Assembly (NCBI GenBank): GCA_000004985.1
Contig: GG738863.1
Origin: Naegleria gruberi
Taxonomy: Eukaryota
DNA: 64,000 nt
Direction: 5' to 3' (one strand)
Under the pieces are notes generated by a model, which saw only the letters and a program-made list of their open reading frames with translations, had not been told where the DNA came from and ran no database searches. This document shows positions 22,338 through 33,048 of the stretch, piece after piece. The position numbers and the translations under genes were made by a program. Numbering within the stretch: the stretch's first letter is position 1; each line of letters begins with the position of its first letter.

Positions 22338-22597
22338 TCTATCTAATATCAATGACCAATCTTTTTTTACTTTTATCTCATGAATGTTGTCTCTTTACTC
22401 GCACTACATGCTTGAGGAAGGTGAAGTACAGATGTGGATTAATTTTTGCGCACGAGGAATTATTTCATCCAACAATTTTTTATTGTTTGATTTGGCGCCA
22501 CAAAAACGACCCAGCACAACGTCTTTTAGAAATTTGGATAAAAAAACAAATTATTTATTAACAAGCAAAGGAAGATGATAGGAGAGAAAGGAATTTA

Positions 22598-25500
22598 TTA
22601 ATTAATGGATAAAGGTTTGCATTGTTGGATAAATTCATAGAGTGGATAATATCTAACAATGGAATTACTAGCAGTCAAGGTATGAGCAACAACCTTAATA
22701 CAATATCCTCTATAGTACAATTCTGGATCACACAACAAGTAGAATTTGGCTTTACAATAGTCTCCGTTACCTTCCCACAAGAGAGTTTCTTCCATATTGG
22801 AGTGTTCAAATCTAAATCTCAATTGACCCAAATCATATGTCTTTTTAGCTTCACCTTCTTTGATTCCACTGTTGAAGAGAACAATTCCTTCATTGCCAGA
22901 ATCTAATTTAACTCCAACAAATGATTGCTCTCTATTAATAATATCACTACATTCATCAAAGAAGTCATTATCTCTCAAGTATGATTTGGTTTTAAATTCT
23001 TGAGGAGTAACAATTCCACTCAATTCTGGAGTCATGTAAACAATTTCCATTGATTTGGATTGATTAAGTGAGTCAGTAAAGCTGAATCTAAAAGTGCATG
23101 GATATGGTAAATCATATGGTGTCATATGAAGGGCTCTATAAGACTTTGGACAAATTCCTTGATAATCAACAGCAGCCTTGATGAGATACTCCTTGCTTGT
23201 TGATCCTGAACTGAGATTGATAGTTTTACCCCAAACATATTGACCTTGGGTTTCACTCTTTCTAACTACAAATTCAACATCTCTACCAAAGTTTGTAGAG
23301 GTAGCAGTGGCAACAGTTGCAGCTTCCCAATAGGCAGCTTCAACACCACCAAATGCTTTCCAAGTTGTTCCATCATGATCCAAATATTCAAGTTTCATGG
23401 AGGTAATTGAAATTGGTGAGTTCAATTTGTTTGTGAAACGGAGATTGATCAATTCCAAAATTATTTCTTTTCTAGAACCGACAATGGCAATAGATGTATA
23501 GGAGCTTCTTTCACTTAAGTTTTTAGAGGTAGCACAATCTGGCAAGACAATGGAGATTGAACTTGAACCAACAGCAACAGGATCGACCAAGAGAGAACGA
23601 TCATTTACGAGTTGCTTAAGTGGTCCCATTCCTTCAGTGACAGGGGTGAATTTTTCTTGAATAACTTTGGAATAATACTTCTCCAAACCTTGTAAGTCTT
23701 TGATATTGGTTGGCTTGGCATTATGAGAAGCACAGCCATGGTGAGTTTCTTCCTCTTCTGGTTCATCAGCAAGTGGTTGTAAAGCAACTCTTTCAGAAAT
23801 TTCGTGAGTTGGATTCTTCTTCTTGTGAACTTTGGCGTCACGTTCACACAAACCAACACCGCAAGTCTTACAATCCATGAGTGAATCAACATTTTCTTCT
23901 AAATCTTCTAAACAAACTTTACAATATTTAGTTTGTTCATGCAATTCAATCAACTTGTTGTGAGCTTCAATATTTTTCAACTTTTCTTGTAATTTGTACT
24001 TTTTGATATCACCATTAACTGGAAGAAGAGCTCCAGTTCTTGTTTCAGCAGGAACAAATTCACCAAATCCATAAACTCTAAAAGTACCCAATAATAAGAG
24101 ATTAGAAGTTTCGAATTTCCAGTATCTAGCCTTGAAGCCAGTTGAACTTTCATCAATTTCAAATCTATTCAAATATGGATATGGTTTGGATTCTTCAATA
24201 GTCTTATCGAAACTAATCCAAGGTTCAGTTTCTCTAATTCTGTAATACACTCTAATATCTGAGCAGAAATTGGTTTGGGTTTTTTCATTGTACAATGCAT
24301 GAGTATAATATTCAATATATTTGAAGAAGTGAATATTAGTATAACTTAAAATCAAAGTACCAAATGGTGAACAGATACCATATTCAGCAGAATCATCCAA
24401 AATACCTTTTTGATTATTTTCAGCTCTATCATAGGTATTAAATTTGGTTGCTTGTTTAGGTGTTTTGGTTTCATCATCTTCTCTTCCAATCATCATATCA
24501 TTTGGAACTAAACAATTGATTTCACTACCTCTGTATGGAGTCATGTGAATTGCTTCTTGTTGATCTCTAGAGAGGAGTAAACCCTTTGTAGTATTATATG
24601 GAACAAATGGAGCAACAGCAAAGAATTGAAGCATACCAAATGAAAAGTCACCACAAATTCTTTCAAATTTCCAGAATCTAGCAGTAATACCTTCATCACC
24701 ATTAAACTTCCAAATATTGAGTTTTGGCCAGTGGTAATACTTTTGATCAAAAGTATCAACTTTAGTCCAGGCATCACCTTCTTGAACCTTATAGTACAAA
24801 TTCAAACGGTGACGAAGCTCATCATCAAACTTGATAGTCTTTTGCTTCTTGAATTCCAAATATTTGAAAAGATGAACAGCTTCAAATTCAAGAACCATAT
24901 AGTTATGAACAGATTGACCTATAGCACATCCAGCCACTCCTGAATCATCAATAATACCTTCAATAGTGTTATTGGCTCTATTATTATTCTTTGATGAATA
25001 GAGTTTGATTGGAGCAACTACGTTAACATCTGGACATGTACTTTCAGTATAGATTGGATCAACAAGATTTGCTGGAGCAAGTTTTGGAATATCTGAGTGG
25101 TCATTTCTAATTGTTTCAATCTTGACTTCACCACTGTAGTCAGCATTACCAATCTTAAAGTTTTGAACTGGAGCCATAGCATAAAATTTGAGCATACCAA
25201 CTGCTAAAGTACCAGTCAATCCAGAGTGTGGAGTTTGTACAAAACGGAAATATCTAGCTCTATGTCCACATTCTCCAAAATCTACCATTAAAACACCTTG
25301 GACACTTGTCTTGATTTCTGTAATATGCTGCAAAGTAACCCATGGATCTCTACTTCTCATCTTGTATTCAAGTGAAACACCAACAATTGAAGAGGTTTGA
25401 GTTCTACCCCAACCATCTACTTTTTCAAATTGTTTACCATTAGGATGTTCTCTAAATGCCAAAACTCTGAAATTGTAAACACGTTCAAATGCAACTTCAA

Positions 25501-28468
25501 TAAATGATGAAGTACCATCATTTGTGGCAAAACCTGGTTTTCCATCTGATCTTAATAAATCATCAATAACTTTTGGATCAGTCTTGGTACGTCTATTAGT
25601 ACTGTGATACATAGCATGAGGTTTGATCAAGTTAATTTGATCACAACCTGGGAATGGATCCTTCAATTGTTCTTCAATTAATTCTGGTGGGAGAATTGGA
25701 CCACTCTTTGTTTCAATTGGAACAAATGGAGAATAACCAAAAGCTCTAAACATACCAATTTCAATACAACTGCTATAAGCAACCAATCTCAAATACTTGG
25801 CCTTGATTGGTTGTGGTAAAGTGATAGTATTTACGAGAGGAGTAATTTGAATTTGATTTTCTTCAATAGTAGTCAACAAGGTCCAAGTTTCAGAATCCTT
25901 CAACTTGTACTCAATTTTAGTATCTTTGAGATAATAAACTGGGTTGCTGACAGTTGTCAAAGTCATGTACTCAAAGTGGGTAAATAAGTAAACATGCTCA
26001 TATTCAAATTCAATTTCCTTATGATTAGAAGTAGTGACATAGCCAAAATCACCAGTATCATCTAATAAACCTTCCAATGTATTTTCACGTCTGGATTCTC
26101 CCTTGGAATTAAGTTTCTTGATTGGAATAAGATTAATTTCTGGACCAGTATATTTTGGTTCCCATTGAGCAAGAGCTTCCTTCACTGATAAAATAATACC
26201 ACTCTTAGTTTGAATTGGTACATAATCACAATAACCAAATAATCTAATCATACCAAAGAAGAGATAATCACGATCTTCCTTGAAGAATCTCCAATATCTT
26301 GCTTTGATTGGTGTATTGAATTGAATAGTATTGACTTGAGGATTGGTTTTGATTTCACTTCTCTTTAATTGAACAGCAAGTGTCCATGAATCTGATTCCT
26401 TAACTTTGTATTCAATTTTAACATTATCTAAACTACTTAATTGCATAGATTCTCCCAATTTACTTGTCTTAAATTCCATATAAGTGAATAAATAGACGGC
26501 ACCATATTTGATTTCAATAAATTGGTTAGAATTATTACCTGTACAAACACCCAATTTACCAGAATCATCAAATAATCCTTCTAAAGTATTATCACCCCAA
26601 CTGTCCTTTGAAGATTGCTTCATTTCAAGAGGAGGGATACAGTTGATATCACCTGAAGTAAATTTAGGTTCATCAGAAACTGTTGGTACAACAACTTGTT
26701 GAGCTACTACTGGTTGTTGAACAACTTGTGGTTGAGGAGTGGAAACAACAGGTGTTTGTGTTACTACTGGAGTAGATGTTACCGGTTGAGAAACTACTGG
26801 AGTGGTTGTTGTTTGTTGAACAACTGGAGTAGATGTAACAACAGGTTGTGAAGATCCAGGAACATAAGGTTGAACTGTACCTGACTTGGTCTTGTGAGCA
26901 ATATATGGAGCATAACCATACATTCTCAACATACCGTAGAACAAGTGGGTCCATTGCTTGAAAAATCTCCAATATTTAGCCTTGATAGGTGTTGTAAAAT
27001 TGATGGTATTGAGCTCTGGATTGAACTTGATATCTGACTTTTCAAGAGTCTTTAACTTGGTCCATTCATCACTTTCCTTAACCTTGTATTCAATTGTTGA
27101 ATCTTGAAGATAGTAGGTTTGATTTCCTTCACCCAATTTGCAAGCTTTAAACTCCAAGAATGTGAACAAGTAAACTTGATCGAAAATCAATCTAATTTCA
27201 GAGCTACCATTTGTTGTACAAGCACCAAATTTACCAGAATCATCCAATAATCCTTCAATGGTGTTATCTCCCCAACTATCTTTGCCAGACATTTTCAATT
27301 CAACTGGAGCAATGACACTAACTTCACCAGATGTATATTTTGGTTCATCTTGAGAAACAGCAACAGGAGGTGTCTGTGTAACTACTGGAGTTACAGTTTG
27401 TTGTTGAGAAACTACAGGAGTGGTTGTAGCTGGTTGAGTGACAACAGGTTCAGATACAACAGAAGATGGTGAAACATATCTAGAAACAACTCCTGAAAGT
27501 GTCTTGATTTCAGTATATGGATGATAAGCAAATAATTTCAACATTCCAAAGAATAATTGGACGAAACCATTTCCCAATTTTGTAAATCTGAAAGTTCTTG
27601 CTTTGACTGGTGTATCAAAATGGATAAATGTACTTTCTGGATTGAGCTTAATATCAGATTTACTGATTTCTCTCAATGGAATCCATTCTTGACTTTCGAA
27701 TTGTTTATATTCGATTAAAGTATCTTGTAATAAACCATATTGATTAATTTCTCCCAATCTATTTGTCTTGAATTCGAGTAATGTGAAAAGGTAAACTCTA
27801 TCAAAAGTGAGAACAATATTCTGCTTCAATCCATTTGAAGTACAAGCACCATGCTTTCCAGTTTCGTCTAATAATCCTTCAATGGTGTTATTTCCCCAAC
27901 TATCCTTAGTGGATAATACCAATTTTGATGGAGCAATTACACTGATTTCACCTTCTGTATATGGTGGTTCATCTAAATTCTCAGCAACAGTAACTTCTTG
28001 TACATTGGAAACTTGAACAATCTCACCAGTCTTTGTCTTTATATTCACAGCAGGAGCATCACTAGCTCTCAACCACAATCTACCAAAAGCCACATGATGA
28101 GTTCCAAATTTATCAAATTTGAAATAACGAGCTGCACATCCCAATTGCACTTTTTGAATGCCGTGTCCTTCTCTGAATGAATAAATTTCCTTCCACGGAT
28201 CACTTTCATTGGAACGACAATAAATATCAACACCCTTTAATCTCTGTTGATCATCGTAATACTTCTTGTTGGAGGTACATTCGAGAGTGGTAAATTGATA
28301 AACTCTATCAAATTTCAACTCTACACAAGGTTTGTTGATAAAATCTGTGGAACAACCATAATCACCAGATTCGTCCAATAAACCTTCAATGGTATTATCT
28401 GACTTTTTACATAAATTATGCACTATCAATTCTGTTGGTGCAACAATAAAACCCTCGCTACTGGACAT
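22598..28468 (-). CDS. giant (1956 aa) protein: eight tandem ~250-aa beta-sandwich (discoidin/galactose-binding-like) repeats separated by T/P/V/Q-rich linkers, then coiled coil, B-box-like zinc finger and a C-terminal domain
   Basis: Single 5.87-kb ORF, ATG confirmed. The repeat core ...SWG(N/D)NTIEGLLD(E/D)(T/S)GK.GACT.NG...VYLFT.LEFK...G...KA(R/K)YWRF... occurs 8 times. A B-box-like CKVCLEDLEENVDSLMDCKTCGVGLCERDAKVHKKKNPTH follows a predicted coiled coil. Confidence 0.7.
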   Translation of the reverse strand: MSSSEGFIVAPTELIVHNLCKKSDNTIEGLLDESGDYGCSTDFINKPCVELKFDRVYQFTTLECTSNKKYYDDQQRLKGVDIYCRSNESDPWKEIYSFREGHGIQKVQLGCAARYFKFDKFGTHHVAFGRLWLRASDAPAVNIKTKTGEIVQVSNVQEVTVAENLDEPPYTEGEISVIAPSKLVLSTKDSWGNNTIEGLLDETGKHGACTSNGLKQNIVLTFDRVYLFTLLEFKTNRLGEINQYGLLQDTLIEYKQFESQEWIPLREISKSDIKLNPESTFIHFDTPVKARTFRFTKLGNGFVQLFFGMLKLFAYHPYTEIKTLSGVVSRYVSPSSVVSEPVVTQPATTTPVVSQQQTVTPVVTQTPPVAVSQDEPKYTSGEVSVIAPVELKMSGKDSWGDNTIEGLLDDSGKFGACTTNGSSEIRLIFDQVYLFTFLEFKACKLGEGNQTYYLQDSTIEYKVKESDEWTKLKTLEKSDIKFNPELNTINFTTPIKAKYWRFFKQWTHLFYGMLRMYGYAPYIAHKTKSGTVQPYVPGSSQPVVTSTPVVQQTTTTPVVSQPVTSTPVVTQTPVVSTPQPQVVQQPVVAQQVVVPTVSDEPKFTSGDINCIPPLEMKQSSKDSWGDNTLEGLFDDSGKLGVCTGNNSNQFIEIKYGAVYLFTYMEFKTSKLGESMQLSSLDNVKIEYKVKESDSWTLAVQLKRSEIKTNPQVNTIQFNTPIKARYWRFFKEDRDYLFFGMIRLFGYCDYVPIQTKSGIILSVKEALAQWEPKYTGPEINLIPIKKLNSKGESRRENTLEGLLDDTGDFGYVTTSNHKEIEFEYEHVYLFTHFEYMTLTTVSNPVYYLKDTKIEYKLKDSETWTLLTTIEENQIQITPLVNTITLPQPIKAKYLRLVAYSSCIEIGMFRAFGYSPFVPIETKSGPILPPELIEEQLKDPFPGCDQINLIKPHAMYHSTNRRTKTDPKVIDDLLRSDGKPGFATNDGTSSFIEVAFERVYNFRVLAFREHPNGKQFEKVDGWGRTQTSSIVGVSLEYKMRSRDPWVTLQHITEIKTSVQGVLMVDFGECGHRARYFRFVQTPHSGLTGTLAVGMLKFYAMAPVQNFKIGNADYSGEVKIETIRNDHSDIPKLAPANLVDPIYTESTCPDVNVVAPIKLYSSKNNNRANNTIEGIIDDSGVAGCAIGQSVHNYMVLEFEAVHLFKYLEFKKQKTIKFDDELRHRLNLYYKVQEGDAWTKVDTFDQKYYHWPKLNIWKFNGDEGITARFWKFERICGDFSFGMLQFFAVAPFVPYNTTKGLLLSRDQQEAIHMTPYRGSEINCLVPNDMMIGREDDETKTPKQATKFNTYDRAENNQKGILDDSAEYGICSPFGTLILSYTNIHFFKYIEYYTHALYNEKTQTNFCSDIRVYYRIRETEPWISFDKTIEESKPYPYLNRFEIDESSTGFKARYWKFETSNLLLLGTFRVYGFGEFVPAETRTGALLPVNGDIKKYKLQEKLKNIEAHNKLIELHEQTKYCKVCLEDLEENVDSLMDCKTCGVGLCERDAKVHKKKNPTHEISERVALQPLADEPEEEETHHGCASHNAKPTNIKDLQGLEKYYSKVIQEKFTPVTEGMGPLKQLVNDRSLLVDPVAVGSSSISIVLPDCATSKNLSERSSYTSIAIVGSRKEIILELINLRFTNKLNSPISITSMKLEYLDHDGTTWKAFGGVEAAYWEAATVATATSTNFGRDVEFVVRKSETQGQYVWGKTINLSSGSTSKEYLIKAAVDYQGICPKSYRALHMTPYDLPYPCTFRFSFTDSLNQSKSMEIVYMTPELSGIVTPQEFKTKSYLRDNDFFDECSDIINREQSFVGVKLDSGNEGIVLFNSGIKEGEAKKTYDLGQLRFRFEHSNMEETLLWEGNGDYCKAKFYLLCDPELYYRGYCIKVVAHTLTASNSIVRYYPLYEFIQQCKPLSIN

Positions 28469-29000
28469 GATGACAATTAGAAGTGTTTAGGTTGGTTTAT
28501 TTTTTTAAAGTTGTTGAAAATGTTGTGTGGTCAATGGATGTGATCTTTTTAACAGATGATGAAAGAGAGATTTGGTAAGTGGTCGGATTTCGGGTTTTTA
28601 TGAACATGATAGGACTTGGATTTTCGATGAAACACAATATGTGTCCAATGCCCTAGATTCTTCAATTTGGTAGAATACCAGAACACATAGGAACACTATT
28701 TGATTTTCTTTTGTAAATCTACGGCATGATACATGTCAACAAAGATCATATTGGTCTAAAATTGGTAAATTAATTTTTTGCAAGAGTTTACAATGAGAAC
28801 GAACACAAATTGAAATGTTTAACAATAGTCATAATTTTAATAAGTTGATTTAATGATAATTCTAACGGAGGAATTACTCTTGACCCAATCATGAAATTGC
28901 TTTGCAGCTTCTAAATGAATGCAACCTGCAGAACACATGAATGGATACTGATTTGATTTTGCAAATATTATAATATAATCTCTTAAAAACATATTAGAAA

Positions 29001-29273
29001 CTATACCTGATGAATATAGACACCTGTTCTCCACTCAACTGGTCCAACAGCGTACGGCATGTCCACATTGAATTCTGTCGATTTTTTAGATTCATAACAA
29101 TCGGATGGTCGTACAGTTACATCGATATTGTAACTTCTATTTCCTGAAGCATTGCAAGGAACTGAAATTCCATTGTAAGTCAAAGTACCAAATGATGTAT
29201 TTCCCCAGCAGCCGTTATGTGGTGATTTTGGGCAATTTTCTACTCTGTTCAAGGTTATGGTTGCTTTGGACAT
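29001..29273 (-). CDS. possible small Cys-containing protein (90 aa), very tentative
   Basis: ATG ORF in an otherwise gene-free 900-bp interval; no homology recognisable. Confidence 0.2.
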   Translation of the reverse strand: MSKATITLNRVENCPKSPHNGCWGNTSFGTLTYNGISVPCNASGNRSYNIDVTVRPSDCYESKKSTEFNVDMPYAVGPVEWRTGVYIHQV

Positions 29274-29507
29274 TTTTTTTTGATTTTATTAGCGAATTCA
29301 CGTTTCGATCACGTTTTTTTCCAATTATTTAATATTTTTGTAAACCTTACTGTATAATATGCGCACTCGGAACATGTAATATATTAAAGAGTTGGTTAAA
29401 GACAGTTAGTGAAGGATGAACCTTGCAAGATATACCCCGAGAGAATACTACCAGATATTAAGGAAAAAATAAAGTAAAAAAAAGATCCTCTTTTATTATC
29501 AATCATC

Positions 29508-30915
29508 ATGCCATCAACAACCACTTCATCATCAAAAGCAAGTTCCTCCACTTCATCAAACACTTCATCAAATACTTCGGGAAAGAAGATTTCACCTGCT
29601 TCTTCATCGTCATCTGGGACAACAAGAGAGAAAACTGCTTCATCAAGAAAGGGAGAATCAACAAGTACTGATTTTTCTACCCTTATAAAAACCAATCCAA
29701 AACTTTCTGCCAAACCAATTACCAATAAGGATGGAGATGATATAACAGAATATTTTGATGAAACTAATGTTTTGAATGCCAAGATTGAACATTTAGTCAA
29801 TCTCATAAATCAATCCAAACATATTGTATTATATACAGGTGCTGGTATCAGTAGAGCAGCAGGTATTAGAGATTACAGATCTCCTAATGGTATGTTTACA
29901 ATAATTCTTTTCATGGAAATTAATTAAATTTCTGATAGGTGTTTGGACTATGAAAGAAAAGGGAGTAAAAACTGTAGCAAAGAAGGATGAATCAAAGATA
30001 ATCTTCCCAACTCGTACTCACATGGCTATTTCTACATTATACAATGCTGGAAAGATTCAATATGTAACTTCTCAAAATGTTGACGGATTGCATGTTAAAT
30101 CAGGAATTCCAAGAAAGAATATGAGTGAATTGCATGGTAATACCAATGTTGAGATTTGTCACAAATGTAACATAGAATATGTCCGTAATTTTAGATGTAG
30201 AAATAACAAGAATGTTCACGACCACAGGACTGGAAGATTCTGTGAAAAGTGTAAAAGTGAATTGGAAGATACAATTATTAATTTCAATGAAAATTTACCA
30301 ACTGATCAATTGGAAAGAGCAGAGGAGAATGCTTCCAAGGCTGACCTGGCTATTGTCGTAGGAACAAGTATGAGAGTTAATCCTGCATGTTCCCTTCCAC
30401 AGATGTGTAAAGAAAATGGAGGAAAATTAGTCATTATCAATCTCCAATTAACTCCAAAAGACAAGAAGGCAGATTTGAGAATTTTTGCAGAAGCTGACAA
30501 GGTTATTGATACGGTAATGAAAAAGCTGGCTTTGGAAATACCTCCATTCATTCTAGAAACTGAATATTCATTAGAAAGCTTTGAAAGTGTCAATCCAACA
30601 AGTGAGAAAAAGTTAATTGGATTCAAAATTACTAGTCCATCTCCTTTAGGACCAATGGGTTCAAAGGTATTGAGATCAATCAGCCTAAAGGTTCACGGCT
30701 CAAAAGTAGTGAGCTTTAAGGATACTATGATGCTCGATCCAATTCCATCCGATTGTACAAAGATATCAGCAGTACTGAAGTATAATCTGAATTCAATTGA
30801 TGAGAAGGAAGCCAAATGCACTATTGAACTGGAAAATCCACTGAACATTACTTCGAAATCCTTTGCTTTAAAGGTGAACACATCAACCAATGAAATTACA
30901 GTTACAGAAAAGTAA
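29508..30915 (+). CDS. sirtuin (Sir2 family, class IV SIRT6/7-like NAD-dependent deacylase/ADP-ribosyltransferase), 2 exons
   Basis: join(29508..29889,29939..30915). A 49-nt intron (GTATGT...GATAG) splits ...YTGAGISRAAGIRDYRSPNG|VWT.... Conserved GAGIS, QNVDGLH, HG and a Zn-binding CHKC...CEKC module are present. N-terminal S-rich extension. Confidence 0.8.
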
Positions 30916-31128
30916 ATAAAATTCGCCACTCTTAATCACTTCAATAAGTGTCATTTAAAAAATTGTAAAATTCACTCAGCAGCGTAATGTCAAGCACGGA
31001 GGAACAGAGCTATGCGCCACCCGACTCTGCGACATGCCGCAATTAATTTCCATTCAAATTTGATGCGAAACACTCGAGTTTGGTCAAAAAAATTCAACTA
31101 AAAAAACAAACAGTAAACACATTGAAAA

Positions 31129-32985
31129 ATGATTTGGGTGTGGTTGTTAACAGCATGCATTGGATACCTTTCATTTGTTGCTCTGAAAATTTATTTAAAT
31201 TACAGAAAGGTGGCACACATTCCTGGACATTGGCAAATTGTTTCGCTTTTTTGGAGAGTGCCAATTATTTCTCCCTATTTACACATGAATAATCAACGTT
31301 CAGTGACTGAGTTGATGGAAAAGTATGGTGATAAGGAGAGTGGTATTACTAGAATGTCACTAATGGATAGAAATATGGTCATTATTAATGATAAGGATCT
31401 GTTAAAGGAAGTTATCATTACAAAGGGATCAATCTTTACAAAATTCACAGAAGTTTATGAAGTTTTCAAAGTGTTTGGAGAGAATATCTTGACAGTTTTG
31501 GATGCTTCTTCAGATTCATGGAAAAATCATCACAAGATATGTTCGCCTGCATTCACAACTCAGAATTTGCAATATTTGTGTGAATATGCTGCCAAGTCTG
31601 TAGAAAAATTATTCGAATCTAGATGGGAGAAACAAAAGGGAGATCATACTCTCAAGAATGGAGAAAATTATCAAGATGCTTATTTGACAAGTGACATTAA
31701 GGGTGATTTCAGTGATGTCACATTGGATATATTGGGTCAAGTTGGTTTCGGTTTGGATTTTGAAATTTTCAAGGAAAAAACAGGAACTTTATCCGAAGGT
31801 CAACAATTCAGAAAGAGTTTGGAAGTTTTATTCACTACAGGAATCTTTGTAAAATTATTTATTGGAATGAGTAAGGTGTGGAAGTTTTTATATCCATTTG
31901 CTCAAAAATTATTCAAGGTTGATGTTGCTTATAACATTGTCAGTTCTAAATTGGACGAAATCCTCAAGGAAAGAACCAAAGAAATTGAATTAGCTTATGC
32001 CAACTCTGGAGAAATTCAAACTGGAGAAAGAAGAGACTTGTTGAGTTGTCTCATTGAGGCCAACTATGTTCAAAAGGGAGTTTTGACTGAGGATGAAGTT
32101 AAATCAGATGCATTCATCTTTTCGCTTGCTGGGTTTGTATTCAAATTTTAAAACTATTTTTCCTAATTTTATTGAAATAGACATGAGGTGAGTTTTTGCA
32201 AATTTACAATTTTTTGTAATGATGAATTTTTTATTTGAAATTTTAGACAACTTGTAAGTTTCGATTAATATTTGATTTTTGTTAACATGAGTGATAGCTA
32301 CTACATTACAGGTAAGTTTTCAATGAAAATTCAAGAAAATTCGAATAATATTAAGTGGACTTGTTACGAACTTGGTAAAAGACCTGAAATACTCAAGAAA
32401 GCTCAAGAAGAAGTTGATCGCATACTTGAGAATGGATCAAGAATTGCAACCTATGATGATTTCCCTAAAATGAACTATCTCAACATGATCATTATGGAAA
32501 GTCTCAGAGTTCATCCTCCTGTCAGTGCTGCCTATAGAGTTGCCAAAAAGGCAACCACCATTGGAAAGTATCACATTCCAAAAGATACAATTATTCAAAT
32601 GGAATTTGCTAACACTCATTGGAATGAAAAATTCTGGGAACAAGCCAATGAATATAATCCAGAACGATTCCCAACTGATTTTGAGGATAGACAAAAGATT
32701 CACAGCGATTTCACATGGGTTCCATTCTCAATGGGAAATAGAAAATGTGTAAGTATGACAGTTTTAGTTTATAATAATGATTTGCCTTAATAGATTGGCT
32801 ATAAATTTGCTCAATATGAAGCCTTTGCCATCATGTCACGACTTTTACAATTATACGATATTAAATTGGTCAATGATGAGAGACTTCCTGAAGATCAAGT
32901 GACTGAAGAAAAGGGTCCAACTGTCGGCCCAGGAAATTTACATTTGATTTTCAAGAGAAGATCATCTGTGAATGCATCTCAATAA
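31129..32985 (+). CDS. microsomal cytochrome P450 monooxygenase, multi-exon
   Basis: Proposed join(31129..32132,32181..32187,32247..32253,32312..32748,32794..32985). N-terminal TM anchor, ExxR (ESLRVHPP), PERF-like (NPERFP) and heme loop FSMGNRKC|IGYKFAQ, the latter split by a 45-nt GTAAGT...AATAG intron. The I-helix AGHETT motif appears to be assembled from two 7-nt micro-exons (uncertain). Confidence 0.75.
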
Positions 32986-33048
32986 TTTGAAAATAAACAA
33001 CTTTTCATTGTTCATTGTTCGTTGTAATAATTTAACAAAGAAAAAAAA

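Noticed and set aside
28983-29007. 25-nt GTATAG...TTTTAAG 'intron' joining ORF 29001..29273 to ORF 28837..29034
   Set aside because: Too short relative to the other introns here (>=30 nt), and it has a non-consensus donor. The joined frame terminates after 26 codons. No support.
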